DNA of 64,000 nucleotides from Macrostomum lignano. Its lineage: Eukaryota. Shown here one piece after another: positions 24,317 through 37,583 of the stretch. The notes below the pieces were generated by a model, which did not search any database, was not told the origin of the DNA, and saw only the letters and a program-made list of their open reading frames with translations. The position numbers and the translations under genes are program-made. Numbering within the stretch: position 1 is the first letter of the stretch; every line of letters starts with the position of its first letter. The stretch spans positions 186,001 to 250,000 of the forward strand of contig NIVC01000561.1 of the NCBI GenBank assembly GCA_002269645.1. The letters run 5' to 3'.

Positions 24317-24353
24317 AGCCCTGACGAAGAAATTTAATTTCGAAATATCGGCT
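24317..24353 (+). ncRNA. minimal type I hammerhead ribozyme (copy 2)
   Basis: Stem I AGCC/GGCU; CUGACGA-A; stem II GAAAU-uua-AUUUC; GAA AUAU C (cut after 24349). Compensatory changes relative to copy 1. Confidence 0.85.
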
Positions 24354-24427
24354 ACTCAATTTAAATTGACTTTTTTCAGTCCTTTCTGACTTTCTACCGT
24401 GTCAGTGCCCGGGATTGGAGGCGCCCT

Positions 24428-25889
<1,462 letters not shown>

Positions 25890-26497
25890 ATTTTATATTC
25901 AGGCTGATTTTGAAAATTTACTACTAGACTATTTTGATCTGTCTTTGGAATATGTAGTCTACTATTTTTAAATATACTAATGTGTTCAATTGAACTAAAT
26001 AGCATTAAATTGGCCCCAATGACATCTATGATTTATAACTTGTAATGGCAACAAAGAAAAAATGTAATATATGTTTCTGTTGGATTTTATTCTTGTACAG
26101 ACCTATATTAAATAGACTTTTAATTAATTAGGATATACCTTTAATAAAATAACATTGAAAACTCTTTAAAATAGTACCATATGCTAGCTATAAAAAACTT
26201 TCTATTTCATTTGTTTCAATTGCTATTTGAAAATTCATGTATTGTTTAAAGAGCTATCCTAAGTATAGGATGTTCCATAATGTTAGAAAGAACATTTTTC
26301 CCAGTGTCAGACAAATATTTGAGGATTTATTTCCCAGTTTTGAAAAATTGTTCTTAGTCTGAATTTAAACCTTAGGATGCCAAATTTCACTAAAATTCTA
26401 AGCCCTAAAAGAAACTAATGAGTAATTAAATAATGAGATACAGTTCTTGAAGGTTTCAAGCTGCTCATTAAATATTCCAGAGACAGCGCTAGCAACA

Positions 26498-29400
26498 ATG
26501 CAGCATTGGAATAATAATAATTTTCAAAATGCCGGCTCCTGGCATCATCATCAGCAGCAGCAGCAACAGCATCATCAGCAAATGTTGCAGCAGCAACAGC
26601 AACAGATGATGCAACAACAACAGATGGCTGCTGGGGCTGCCCCAGCCGCCGCCCAGTCACAGCATCCGCCATCATTAATGGCTAACATGGTTGGACCAGC
26701 TTCGGTTGGTATGAATAATCCTGCCACTCCGCAGCATCAGCACCAGCAACAGAGGCTGCCTCAGCAGGTCCCAACAGCTGCTCAAGCTGCACCGCAACAG
26801 CCACCGATCGGTGCTAATCTGTCCGGTGCCGGAGTGTCTCCAATTAGACTGGCTGGGAGCGGAGTCGGAGGCGGAGCTGGAGGCGCCCCCAGCCACCCGT
26901 TTGCCAGAGGCCGGGCATTCAATGCTGCAGGTCCAGCCTCAGCAGCAGCAGCTGTTGGTGGCGGTATTGGCGGTGCAGGTCCATCTGTGCCTCATCCTGT
27001 TTCTGATCAGCCGCCTCATCAGCACCAGCTGCACCAGCAGCAGCACCAGCAACCGCAGCAACGAATCAGTGGAGTAAGTGTCTGAAAAGTTGCATTAGTA
27101 CTATCGACAAATAATAATATTATAATAATAACTGAATACACCTGCCCCAATTGGGCCAGATGTGCAGCTATATCTGAAGGCTGCGTACGGCTGTTCAGTC
27201 CAAGGACTGGGGGGGGGGGGGAGTCGCCCCAGACCCTCAATATCTCAGCTAATGCTGGCACCCACTTTACAGCTGGGTGAACTGAAGCAATGCAGAGTTA
27301 ACTGTCTTGCACAAGGACACAAATTGTTCTAGGTGGGATCAGGAGTCGAACCCCCGACCTTCAAGTCGTGAGTCTGACGCTCTGACCACTAGGCTACAAC
27401 CTCCTTTAGGCTAAAACCCTTTGTTATTGATTCTTTATCTACAGAACAAAAAAACTTTTTTGTCAATTTTTGTCCTTAAGCTACTTAGTAAGTAGTACAG
27501 TTGGGTTCGCGAGGAAAGGCTCAATTCTCGCGAGATCTCGCGAGGGGTCTCGCGAGAATCTGTGTGTAACTCGTTCGTCATTGGCTGAGCCATTAACTGG
27601 GGAGAGTAAGATTGAGCGCTGTTTGAGGTGGGTTGTTTATTGAGGTTGCCCGCTTTTTCGGCGTCCACCTTAACAGTTTCTCATAGTTTTTTATGGCAAA
27701 CCCTTTCTTGTTTTTCCCCATCGAAAATACATTGTCTGACACCAGGGTCGGATCCAGAGGGGGGCCAAGGGGGCCATGGCCGCGGCCAAAGAAATTTTGA
27801 TCATACTTTTTTGGCCTGCTACTATGCCAGGTCTACTTTCCAATATGGGGTTGTAGTGTTTGGTATAGCTTGCCCCCCCCCTCAAAAATTTTGTGGATCT
27901 GCGCCTGTCTGACACAGCTAATAGGAAGACTAACAGCAATTTCACGAAGCTTGCAAATGGAGATTGGACGTCGCCTGACGGACAAGCAGCGTATTGATCT
28001 CCTGTCAAAGTTTTACTTAGAGAAAAGAAGTGTAGCTTAAATTAGTAGCGAAATTCAGGTCTCCCGGCGTGCCATCAGGCGCCATCCTACTCTGTCAAGG
28101 ACAAAAATTAGCAAGGATAAAATCTGCCCCGAAAATGGGGGCTTCGTCGATGCGCTGCTTGACGCCACTAATCGCCAAGTTTCAGCTCAAGACTTGTGCA
28201 ATAGGGTGAGATTAAAGTTTGGTTTGCGCCTTTCTATCTGCACAATGAAGAGAATTCGGCGACTGCTGGGTTGGGTTCGAACAACAACACAGTATTGCCA
28301 GATGATCAAGTTGAAAAATAAACCCATTCGGCTATTCTGTGGAGCCACTTCAAGAATCATCTGGACAAGAAGATCAAGCCAAAGACGGAGCAAGCACTGG
28401 CCGATGGAATTGAAGAATTCTGGAAGCTACTGGCTGTTCAGATGTGCAACAAATTTATAGATAAATATTTTTCCGTACTGCCTTCTGTCATGTTACAGTC
28501 ATGACTTCCCTCAGGATTTTAAGCTTGTTTGCCTGCTTCTTGTTTGTAACACGGGGACTCTCAGCTACGCTCGTAGTTTGCTCGGTGCGGGGCCATGGGG
28601 TGGGTGTTCTCGGAGCTAAGGCACCCTCTTGTTGGTGTATACCGACAGGTATTATTACTACCCAGTCCTATTAGCCGGTTTGAGGCAAAGCAAGCTATGA
28701 TGCTCGCCCTTCTCCGTTTCAATCCTTCACCAGGGTATGAGTCATTTATTTGTCCACAGAGCCTCTATTTTACGATAGTCCGAATAGAGTATTCTAATAG
28801 TCCGAAGTCAGCCAAGCCTCTTATTCTCTGAACAAATGGGGAATGGGGATCAAACTATAACAGTCTACTGCAAATACCGTGCTCCATGGTTTAGACTTTG
28901 GGACTTCGAAAAGGTGGGCGGGGTGGCTGTCAATTCAAGCTTGAATGAGCAGAGTTAATTTATGGTCACACTGTCGTCAAGCCCCTTTTCTCCTTATGCG
29001 CATTGATTGTGACTAGTTGTGGATCGTTACACACAAGCCAACCCTATAGAGTAATTTTTTTTCAATTTAGGCCTACTGGTACGATTGAAAAGCAGACTAT
29101 AGTCTAAATAACTGACTGGCTTGCATCGTGATAAAAATATATTTATAACAGCTCACCTTAAAAGTCACATATCGTTATCTTTTGTCAGGCTTTTTCAGTT
29201 CCAACTTTTGGCCTATTATTGTTTCGGTTTGTATAGCGATAAAAACAGCACGGAAAGAACTCACTATAATGACTTAGCTTGCAAATTAACTTCAATCACT
29301 CACCCACTCGCTCACACTCACCCACTCGCTCACACTCACTCACTCGCTCACACTCACTCACTCGCTCACACTCACCCACTCGCTCACACTCACTCACTCG

Positions 29401-32400
29401 CTCACACTCACCCACTCGCTCACACTCACCCACTCGCTCACACTCACTCACTCGCTCACACTCACCCACTCGCTCACACTCACCCACTCGCTCACACTCA
29501 CCCACTCGCTCACACTCACCCACTCGCTCACACTCACCCACTCGCTCACAATCACTCACTCGCTCACACTCACCCACTCGCTCACACTCACCCACTCGCT
29601 CACACTCACCCACTCGCTCACACTCACCCACTCGCTCACACTCACCCACTCGCTCACACTCACTCACTCGCTCACACTCACCCACTCGCTCACACTCACC
29701 CACTCGCTCACACTCACCCACTCGCTCACACTCACCCACTCGCTCACACTCACCCACTCGCTCACACTCACCCACTCGCTCACACTCACCCACTCGCTCA
29801 CACTCACCCACTCGCTCACAATCACTCACTCGCTCACAATCACTCACTCGCTCACACTCACCCACTCGCTCACACTCACCCACTCGCTCACACTCACGAA
29901 GTTCGAGATAGGGTTTTTAGTTAAGCTTTCTTATTTTAGGTGTATATTGTAAAACATTTTGTTTTACAAGACGAACTGTCGGCAGATAAATGAACTGGAA
30001 ACCCTTGACGGTGCACACTATATTATCCCTCCATTGTCATGTTGCTCACTACTTATTTTGTAATTAACATTGTAAACTGCAATAAAAAACGCAAATTTTT
30101 CACTTCGCTGGAATTAATGAATTTTTTACATTAATGTTAACATCAAAGTACTCATTGCTGTTATTCAACAAAAATCTCAAAATTCTAATTTAAAATTAAT
30201 TCTATAACGATTACGAGAATCTTAGTATGCAACTTTCTAGGCAACAATTTTCACTGCTTTGAGACGATTTATATAACTACACTCCGAAATACATGCTTGG
30301 GCGCAACCTAGGGATTCACCCGGCCGTTTCTATTGGCAACACACACATGTAAGTCGCTATTGGACAGAATAGTAGTCACGTGAATGCTCTCAGCCAATAG
30401 CGACTTACATGTGTGTGTTGCCAATAGAAACGGCCGGGTGAATCCCTAGGTTGCGCATGTATGCCGAAATATATCAAGCAAATCTCTGTGAGCTCGTACG
30501 AGCCCTGGACCCCCCATTTCGCACACCATGCATGCACCAACCCCAATTATCCCCATCCCCAGGGGGTTTTCTCTCTCGATTCAGCCTACAAGCTCAATAA
30601 ACGCTCAGCCAATGGAGAGAGAGTTACACACAGATTCTCGCGAAATCTCGCGAGGGTCTCGCGAGATTTGAGCCTTTCCTCGCGAACCCAACTGTATACT
30701 ATGTAAACTAATGCAAAATATTTCAGATGTCGCCGCCGCAGCCTCCGCCTCAGCAACAGCATCAGCGCCAGCAGTATGGCATGAGCAGCAACCTAGCTAA
30801 AAGCCAGTCTCCCACGGCCAGCTCGCACTATCCTAGAGGCCTGCCACCGCCCTGCACAATGGTCCGTCTGGATCCTGTTCGCAAAGATTTCAACATCCTG
30901 CTTGACCAGGGTTCCAGCGGTGGCGGCGGCGGCGTGTCCTGCACCACCCTGTCGCCAGCCGAGTGCGCAGACGATCCCAATGATGAGATCGAGTTTGGCT
31001 GCTACTATATCTGGGGCACCGTGCTGGGCAATCACGGCGTGACCGAGGGTCGGACCTGCTATGAGGTAAAATTTGCTGACGCTATCGACACTTCGGCCGC
31101 GCCGTTCACCTTCTCCTGTTTCCGAGCCGGCTGGACTTTGGCTCCGAAATTCTGCGACTGGTTGCTACCCGGCGGGGAGTCCAAGAACACCTGGTCTTAT
31201 TCCTCCTATGGTGCAGCGTTTTGCGAAGGTCGAATGAACTCAGACTATGGCATCGAGCTGCAGCCGGATGACATCCTATCGCTGCTCATCGATGTCAAGA
31301 GCATGAGCGATGGCAATGCTGTTGCCGAGTTCTCAGTTGAAGTGGTCACCGGTGACGGCAGGCAGCCGAAATTCTATGGGGCATCGCAGCAGATCTTCTA
31401 TAAATGCATGGCGTCGGATGGAGACTCCAAGCTGGCCTGGTTTCCCCACCTGGCACTCATGAACTGCAGTCTGGATTGCAATTTCGGCGCTTCCCCGGTT
31501 GCCCTTGACGACAGGATGCACGCTGGACGGCTCATTCTGGGCAAGATGCCGGCTAGGTGAGCTGCTGGGTAGAAGCTTGTGTTCAGGTTCTGTAGATTTT
31601 CGTTGGGATCCGTGCATTTTCAATTGGGATCTGTAGATTTGGAGATGGGATCTGTAAATTGTAAATCTAAATTGGGATCTGTCGATTGTAAATCTAAATT
31701 GGGATCTGTCGATTGTAAATCTAAATTGGGATCTGTCGATTGTAAATCTAAATTGGGATCCGTCAATTCTGAATTGGGATCTGTAGATTCTGAATTGGGA
31801 TCTGTAGATTCTGAATCGGGATTTGTAGATTCTGATATAGGATCTGTAGATTCTGAATCGGGATCTGTAGATTCTGAATCGGGATCTGTAGATTCTAAAT
31901 TAGGATCTGTAGATTCTGAATTGGGATCTGTAGATTCTGAATTAGGATCTGTAGATTCTGAATTAGGATCTGTAGATTCTGAATTGGGATCTGTAGATTC
32001 TGTGTTGTGTCTCGGATATCCCAGTTAACCAAAAAGCCCAGACCGCTCCCAGAATCCCAAGCTTCATCCCCTAACACTTTGCGCAGATCTCTGCAGACCA
32101 GCGAATACGCGGACCCAATCAGCAGCGCTTTGCCCCCCAAACCCGAGCTACACCTGACAGTCGGTCTGCCAGCCAGCGGCAAGACTTACTACGCCAGAAA
32201 TCTGCCTTACACAAGGCGCCGCTTGTTGCTGGGCATGGATCAGCTGATCGAGATGACCCTGCTACCCGAACGCGGCATCACTAAAAACATGGGCCAGGAG
32301 GTGCACACGCGCGATCGTGTGAATTACTTTCTATACACGTACGGCTCCAGGATTATGTTTATGCAAGCTGATGAAGCCATTGCCATGGGCTGCGATGTGC

Positions 32401-35400
32401 TCATCGATCAGTGCAACGTGTCTGTCTATACCAGAGCTAAACGGGCTAGAAAGTTCGTTGAATCCGGCTATTCTGTAGCTCTGCACGTTCTTCACCCAAC
32501 CCCGAGTATTATGAACGACTTTCAAAGCCGGCTGGTCACTGAGTTTGGACTGCGTGGCAGCGAGACTGCCAGGCTGCAGTTGCAGGCTAATTTCACCCTG
32601 CCGTCACCTCAAAGCGATCAGGTATGTGCTGCGAGATCTGAGCATCTTGTTTATAGTATCTCAGTGTGAGATCTGAGCATCTTGTTTATAGTATCTCAGT
32701 GTGAGATCTGAGCATCATGTTTATAGTATCTCAGTGTGAGATCTGAGCATCTTGTTTATAGTATCTCAGTGTGAGATCTGAGCATCTTGTTTATAGTATC
32801 TCAGTGTGAGATCTGAGCATCTTGTTTATAGTATCTCAGTGTGAGATCTGAGCAACTTGTTTATAGTATCTCAGTGTGAGATCTGAGCATCTTGTTTATA
32901 GTATCTCAGTGTGAGATCTGAGCATCATGTTTATAGTATCCCAGTGTGAGATCTGAGCATCTTGTTTATAGTATCTCAGTGTGAGATCTGAGCATCTTGT
33001 TTATAGTATCTCAGTGTGAGATCTGAGCATCATGTTTATAGTATCCCAGTGTGAGATCTGAGCATCTTGTTTATAGTATCTCAGTGTGAGATCTGAGCAT
33101 CTTGTTTATAGTATCCCAGTGTGAGATCTGAGCAACTTGTTTATAGTATCTCAGTGTGAGATCTGAGCATCATGTTTATAGTATCTCAGTGTGAGATCTG
33201 AGCATCTTGTTTATAGTATCCCAGTGTGAGATCTGAGCATCATGTTTATAGTATCTCAGTGTGAGATCTGAGCATCATGTTTATAGTATCTCAGTGTGAG
33301 ATCTGAGCATCATGTTTATAGTATCTCAGTGTGAGATCTGAGCATCATGTTTATAGTATCTCAGTGTGAGATCTGAGCAACTTGTTTATAGTATCTCAGT
33401 GTGAGATCTGAGCATCATGTTTATAGTATCCCAGTGTGAGATCTGAGCAACTTGTTTATAGTATCTCAGTGTGAGATCTGAGCATCATGTTTATAGTATC
33501 TCAGTGTGAGATCTGAGCATCTTGTTTATAGTATCTCAGTGTGAGATCTGAGCATCTTGTTTATAGTATCTCAGTGTGAGATCTGAGCAACTTGTTTATA
33601 GTATCTCAGTGTGAGATCTGAGCATCTTGTTTATAGTATCTCAGTGTGAGATCTGAGCAACTTGTTTATAGTATCTCAGTGTAAGATCTAAGCATCATGT
33701 TTATAGTATCTCAGTGTGAGATCTGAGCATCATGTTTATAGTATCTCAGTGTGAGATCTGAGCAACTTGTTTATAGTATCTCAGTGTGAGATCTGAGCAA
33801 CTTGTTTATAGTATCTCAGTGTGAGATCTGAGCATCTTGTTTATAGTATCTCAGTGTGAGATCTGAGCATCTTGTTTATAGTATCTCAGTGTGAGATCTA
33901 AGCATCATGTTTATAGTATCTCAGTGTGAGATCTGAGCATCATGTTTATAGTATCTCAGTGTGAGATCTGAGCATCATGTTTATAGTATCTCAGTGTGAG
34001 ATCTGAGCATCATGTTTATAGTATCTCAGTGTGAGCTCTGAGCATCATGTTTATAGTATCTCAGTGTGAGATCTGAGCATCATGTTTATCGTATCTCAGT
34101 TTGAGATCTGAGCATCATGTTTATAGTATCTCAGTGTGAGATCTGAGCATCATGTTTATAGTATCTTAGTGTGAGATCTGAGCATCATGTTTATAGTATC
34201 TCAGTGTGAGATCTGAGCAACCAGTTTATGATATCACGATCTAGTCTCTTCATATACTTTAGTGTGAAATCTAGTCACATTATATCCCAGGGGATCTCAT
34301 TTTTTTCTCAAAGTGAGATCTAGTCTCAATTTTAGGGTGAGATCTAGTCTCAATCTTAGGGTGAGATCTAGTCTCAATTTTAGAGTGAGATCTAGTCTCA
34401 ATTTTAGGGTGAGATCTAGTCTCAATTTTAGGGTGAGATCTAGTCTCAATTTTAGGGTGAGATCTAGTCTCAATTTTAGGGTGAGATCTAGTCTCAATTT
34501 TAGGGTGAGATCTAGTCTCTCATTATATCTCGGGGCGAGATCTAGTCTCATTATGTTTCAGGGTGAGATATAGTCTCATTATGTCTCAGGATGAGATCTG
34601 ATCTAATCTCTCATTAGAACCCAGGGTGAGATCTAGTCTCGTTATATCTCGGGGTGAGATATAGTCTCATTATGTCTCAGGGTGAGATATAGTCTCATTA
34701 TGTCTCAGGATGCGATCTGATCTAATCTCTCATTAGAACCCAGGGTGAGATTTAGTGTCTTACAGCATTCTCCATTCTACAAGCAGCCTACCCCCCCCCC
34801 CAACGCAGGGAGTGGACATCCAGTACGTTCGCAGCAGTCGCTCCCAGTTGCTCAACGGCGTCAAGAAACTCATTACCGAGGCCCGCCAAGCCGGCTACCC
34901 GGAGCATTCGCCCGACGAAATAGACGAGTACTTTCTTGAGCACTGCAACAAGCTGGGCATCTCCATCGCTAATCCGTTTGTGCCATCGCAGCGAAGGCTT
35001 GCCAGTCATGCTGAGGCTCTCTTTGCCAGGCTGGCGAGCGCTGCTGAGGCTCGAAGACTGCAGCAGCAGCAACAACAGAATCAAAAGCAGAGTCTGCAAC
35101 AAGCTACGCCCCCTACAGTTGCTATGGAACAGCCAGCTCAAGCGGCTGCATCGGCTCCGCCAGTGTCTCTGGGCAGTTTCTCGGTGTTTGACAAACTAGG
35201 CTTTGATACGTCTTTGTTGAAGAATGTTCTGCAGTCTGTTAGTGTTTCTAGCGCTTCAGCAGACAGTCCGGCTTTGCAGCAGCAACAGTCTCAACAGCAG
35301 CAGCAGCAACAGTCTCAGCAGCAGCAGCAGCAGCAACAGTCTCAGCAGCAGCAGCAATCAAGCTCCAGTCTGTCTCGTTTCTTACGCAATGCTACAGCTC

Positions 35401-36119
35401 AACAGCAGAATTTGATTCAACAGCAACTGCAGAATCATCAGCAGTCTGTACCACCTCCACCGCAGCAACAGCAGCAGCAGCCTCCAGCGTCAAGCAAATT
35501 CCAGCCGATCCCAGCTGCCAAAACTGATGAAGATCTCACTGACAATCTGCTAGACGTGCCCAGGCCAAAGCCTGCCTCGAACATCCTGTTCCCAGCCTAC
35601 AGCCCTGCCGTTGCTGGCGAAGCCACCAGCGTCATTGAACGATTCGTTGAGATCTGCAGCGTACGCGAATCCAAGGAGCTGTTGAGCCAGTTGCCAAGCG
35701 GCTTGCGAGCGGAACTGCTGGCTACTTGCAGACGGTTGCTGGGCATTGTTGCTGATCGGGATCGGGATCGGGACTCCAGTCGGGATCGCGATTCAGCCTT
35801 TGGCGGCGCTGTTCCCGCACAGCCGCCCCAGCCACCCCAGCCACCTGTCTCGCAGTCCAGCAGTTTCAATCTAGCTGCTTTCACAAGAAATAGCCAACAG
35901 CAGCAGAAGCAGCAACAGCATCATCTGCATCATCAGCATCATCAGCATCATCAAGAGGCGTCTGGATTGTCAGGATCCAGGCGTTCGTCCAGGCGATCAA
36001 GATCTCGTTCGCCTTCGAGCGGCAGCAGCCAGCGAGTTCGCAGGCAGCAGCAACATCATCCAAGGGATTCGAACAGTCACTATTCAAGCGGTAGTCAGCA
36101 CTCTTATAGAAGGCAGTAG
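26498..36119 (+). CDS. hnRNP U/SAF-A-family protein, paralog 1 (Q-rich N-terminus, SPRY, AAA_33-like P-loop, Q/H/RS-rich C-terminus), ~1083 aa
   Basis: Phase-consistent model join(26498..27073,30727..31556,32087..32621,34809..36119) = 3252 nt, all GT-AG. SPRY (WGTVLGNHGVTEGRTCYEVK...FRAGWT...TWSYSSYG...DYGIEL...WFPHLAL...NFG); Walker A GLPASGKT; VLIDQCN and ANFTLP match hnRNP U motifs. Confidence 0.85.
27250..27404 (-). mobile_element. tRNA-derived SINE with CORE(MIR)-like domain
   Basis: Minus strand: A box TAGCCTAGTGG, B box GGTTCGACTCC, then tgtgtccttgtgcaagacagttaac...ccagctgtaaagtggg, which resembles the MIR core. No tRNA acceptor-stem 3' half. Confidence 0.75.
27743..27907. mobile_element. 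165-bp hAT-type MITE nested in the Tc1 element
   Basis: TIR cagggtcggatcc / ggatctgcgcctg; perfect 8-bp TSD tctgacac (27735-42 / 27908-15). Confidence 0.85.
27957..28504 (+). pseudogene. Tc1-like transposase remnant: HTH region fused to the C-terminal helix, DDE core deleted
   Basis: MEIGRRLTDKQRIDLL...*ISSEIQVSRRAIRRH...SICTMKRIRRLLGWVRTTTQYCQMIKLKNKPIRL joins near 28336 (frame change) to LWSHFKNHLDKKIKPKTEQALADGIEEFW...CNKFID. In-frame TAA at 28038. Confidence 0.75.
29297..29897. repeat. 18-bp tandem repeat (cactcacccactcgctca) x ~33
   Basis: Directly visible; explains the AHTHPL pseudo-ORFs. Confidence 0.95.
30301..30456. repeat. perfect 63-bp inverted repeat with a 30-nt spacer
   Basis: 30301-30363 is the exact reverse complement of 30394-30456. 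Confidence 0.95.
31617..32000. repeat. 21-bp intronic minisatellite (ttgggatctgtagattctgaa)
   Basis: Directly visible, in intron 2 of paralog 1. Confidence 0.9.
32630..34220. repeat. 35-bp intronic minisatellite x ~45 (gtgagatctgagcatcttgtttatagtatctcagt)
   Basis: Directly visible; starts a few nt after the donor at 32622. Confidence 0.95.
34300..34750. repeat. 24-bp minisatellite (gtgagatctagtctcaattttagg) and variants
   Basis: Directly visible. Confidence 0.9.
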
Positions 36120-36727
36120 TAGTATGTAGCGAATATGGTCAAAATTTCTTGCAGTTTATAATAAGCCGGTAGTGAAGCGTGGCTTCATCGATCTGTATGC
36201 ATGTTAATTGGTCCAGTTATAACCCAGTTGTCTCGGAACTGAATGCGTGATTAGTTAATAGCCAGATGCGGGCGTGAATCAATGTTTCACGTGATTGTTG
36301 TTGTTATGTTAGTTGAATTTCCACTTTTTACCCCGTGTCAGTTTTTTGCATTTTTTTTAATAAAAAGCAAAATGGTTAATATTGAAATAATTAATAGTGT
36401 GACCCTGCTTCGCTGCAATGCCCCGGTAATTAATTATTGTAGTATACAAGCACCCTTATTACGTAATATTCTGATTACGAAAAATGTGTGTTGAATAACA
36501 TGCTAGTTGTATAAATAATCTAGATCACTGAACATGATAAGTAAACGGTCTAATGAAGGAATGCCATGATAATTATAATTAGGGTTTTGTATGATCATGT
36601 TGTTTGATATTTTGTCTTTAAATATTTTTTATTTATTTTAGGTTTTCTAATATTTATTCTAGGTATTCTAATTTAAGTTTAGGATTCTGAACCAATCTTT
36701 GAAGTGAGACTCTGGTCTATTTTAAGG

Positions 36728-37300
36728 GTGAGATTCAGATGTAATCTAAGGATGACATTCTGATGTAATCTAGGGGTGACATTCTGATGTAATCTAGGGG
36801 TGAGATTCTGATGTAATCTAGGGGTGAGATTCTGATGTAATCTAGGGGTGAGATTCTGATGTAATCTAGGGGTGAGATTCTGATGTAATCTAGGGGTGAG
36901 ATTCTGATGTAATCTAGGGGTGAGATTCTGATGTAATCTAAGGGTGAGATTCTGATGTAATCTAGGGGTGACATCCTCATGTAATCTAGGGGTAACATTC
37001 TGATGTAATCTAGGGGTGACATTCTGATGTAATCTAGGGGTGACATTCTGATGTAATCTAGGGGTAACATTCTGATGTAATCTAGGGGTGACATTCTGAT
37101 GTAATCTAGGGGTGAGATTCTGATGTAATCTAGGGGTGACATTCTGATGTAATCTAGGGGTGAGATTCTGATGTAATCTAGGGGTGAGATTCTGGTGTAA
37201 TCTAGGGGTGACATTCTGATGTAATCTAGGGGTGACATTCTGATATAATCTAGGGGTGACATTCTGATGTAATCTAGGGGTTATTTAATGACATAATCTA
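36728..37300. repeat. 24-bp minisatellite x ~23 (gatgtaatctaggggtgagattct)
   Basis: Directly visible, between the two paralogs. Confidence 0.9.
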
Positions 37301-37583
37301 GGGTCCATATCTGATCTAATCTCAGGATGGGATTCTCATCTAATCTAAGGCAGAGATTCTGATTTTTTCCCAAGGGTGGATTCTCATCTAATCTTAGAAT
37401 GAGATTCTGATCTAATCTAAGGCTGAGCTCTGATCTAGCTTTGACTAGAATAGAGCTAGTTATTTAAAGCGTACTTACTGTACTTTATTGATTAAAGTAC
37501 ATTCGCACTTTTCCGCTGAACTTGCTTCTCCAGCGAATGCTAGCAGCCTATACCGGGCCCCAGCAGCCTGACCAAGAGTACTC

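Larger units (their letters stand above)
27498..30694 (+). mobile_element. Tc1/IS630-mariner-type DNA transposon (3197 bp) in intron 1 of paralog 1, non-autonomous
   Basis: TA|CAGTTGGGTTCGCGAGG... ~100-bp imperfect TIRs at both ends, TA TSD (27496-97 / 30695-96), internal transposase remnant. Confidence 0.85.

Noticed and set aside
27325-27404. tRNA gene
   Set aside because: A/B boxes are present, but the acceptor stem does not close and a CORE-like body follows, so it is a SINE.
29121-29924. AHTHPL/TRSHSP ORFs
   Set aside because: 18-bp tandem repeat.
32630-34220. Regular array resembling CRISPR
   Set aside because: Head-to-tail 35-bp units with no unique spacers, no cas genes, inside a eukaryotic intron.
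34320-34510. TTAGGG occurrences suggesting interstitial telomere
   Set aside because: A single TTAGGG per 24-bp unit, not a (TTAGGG)n tract.
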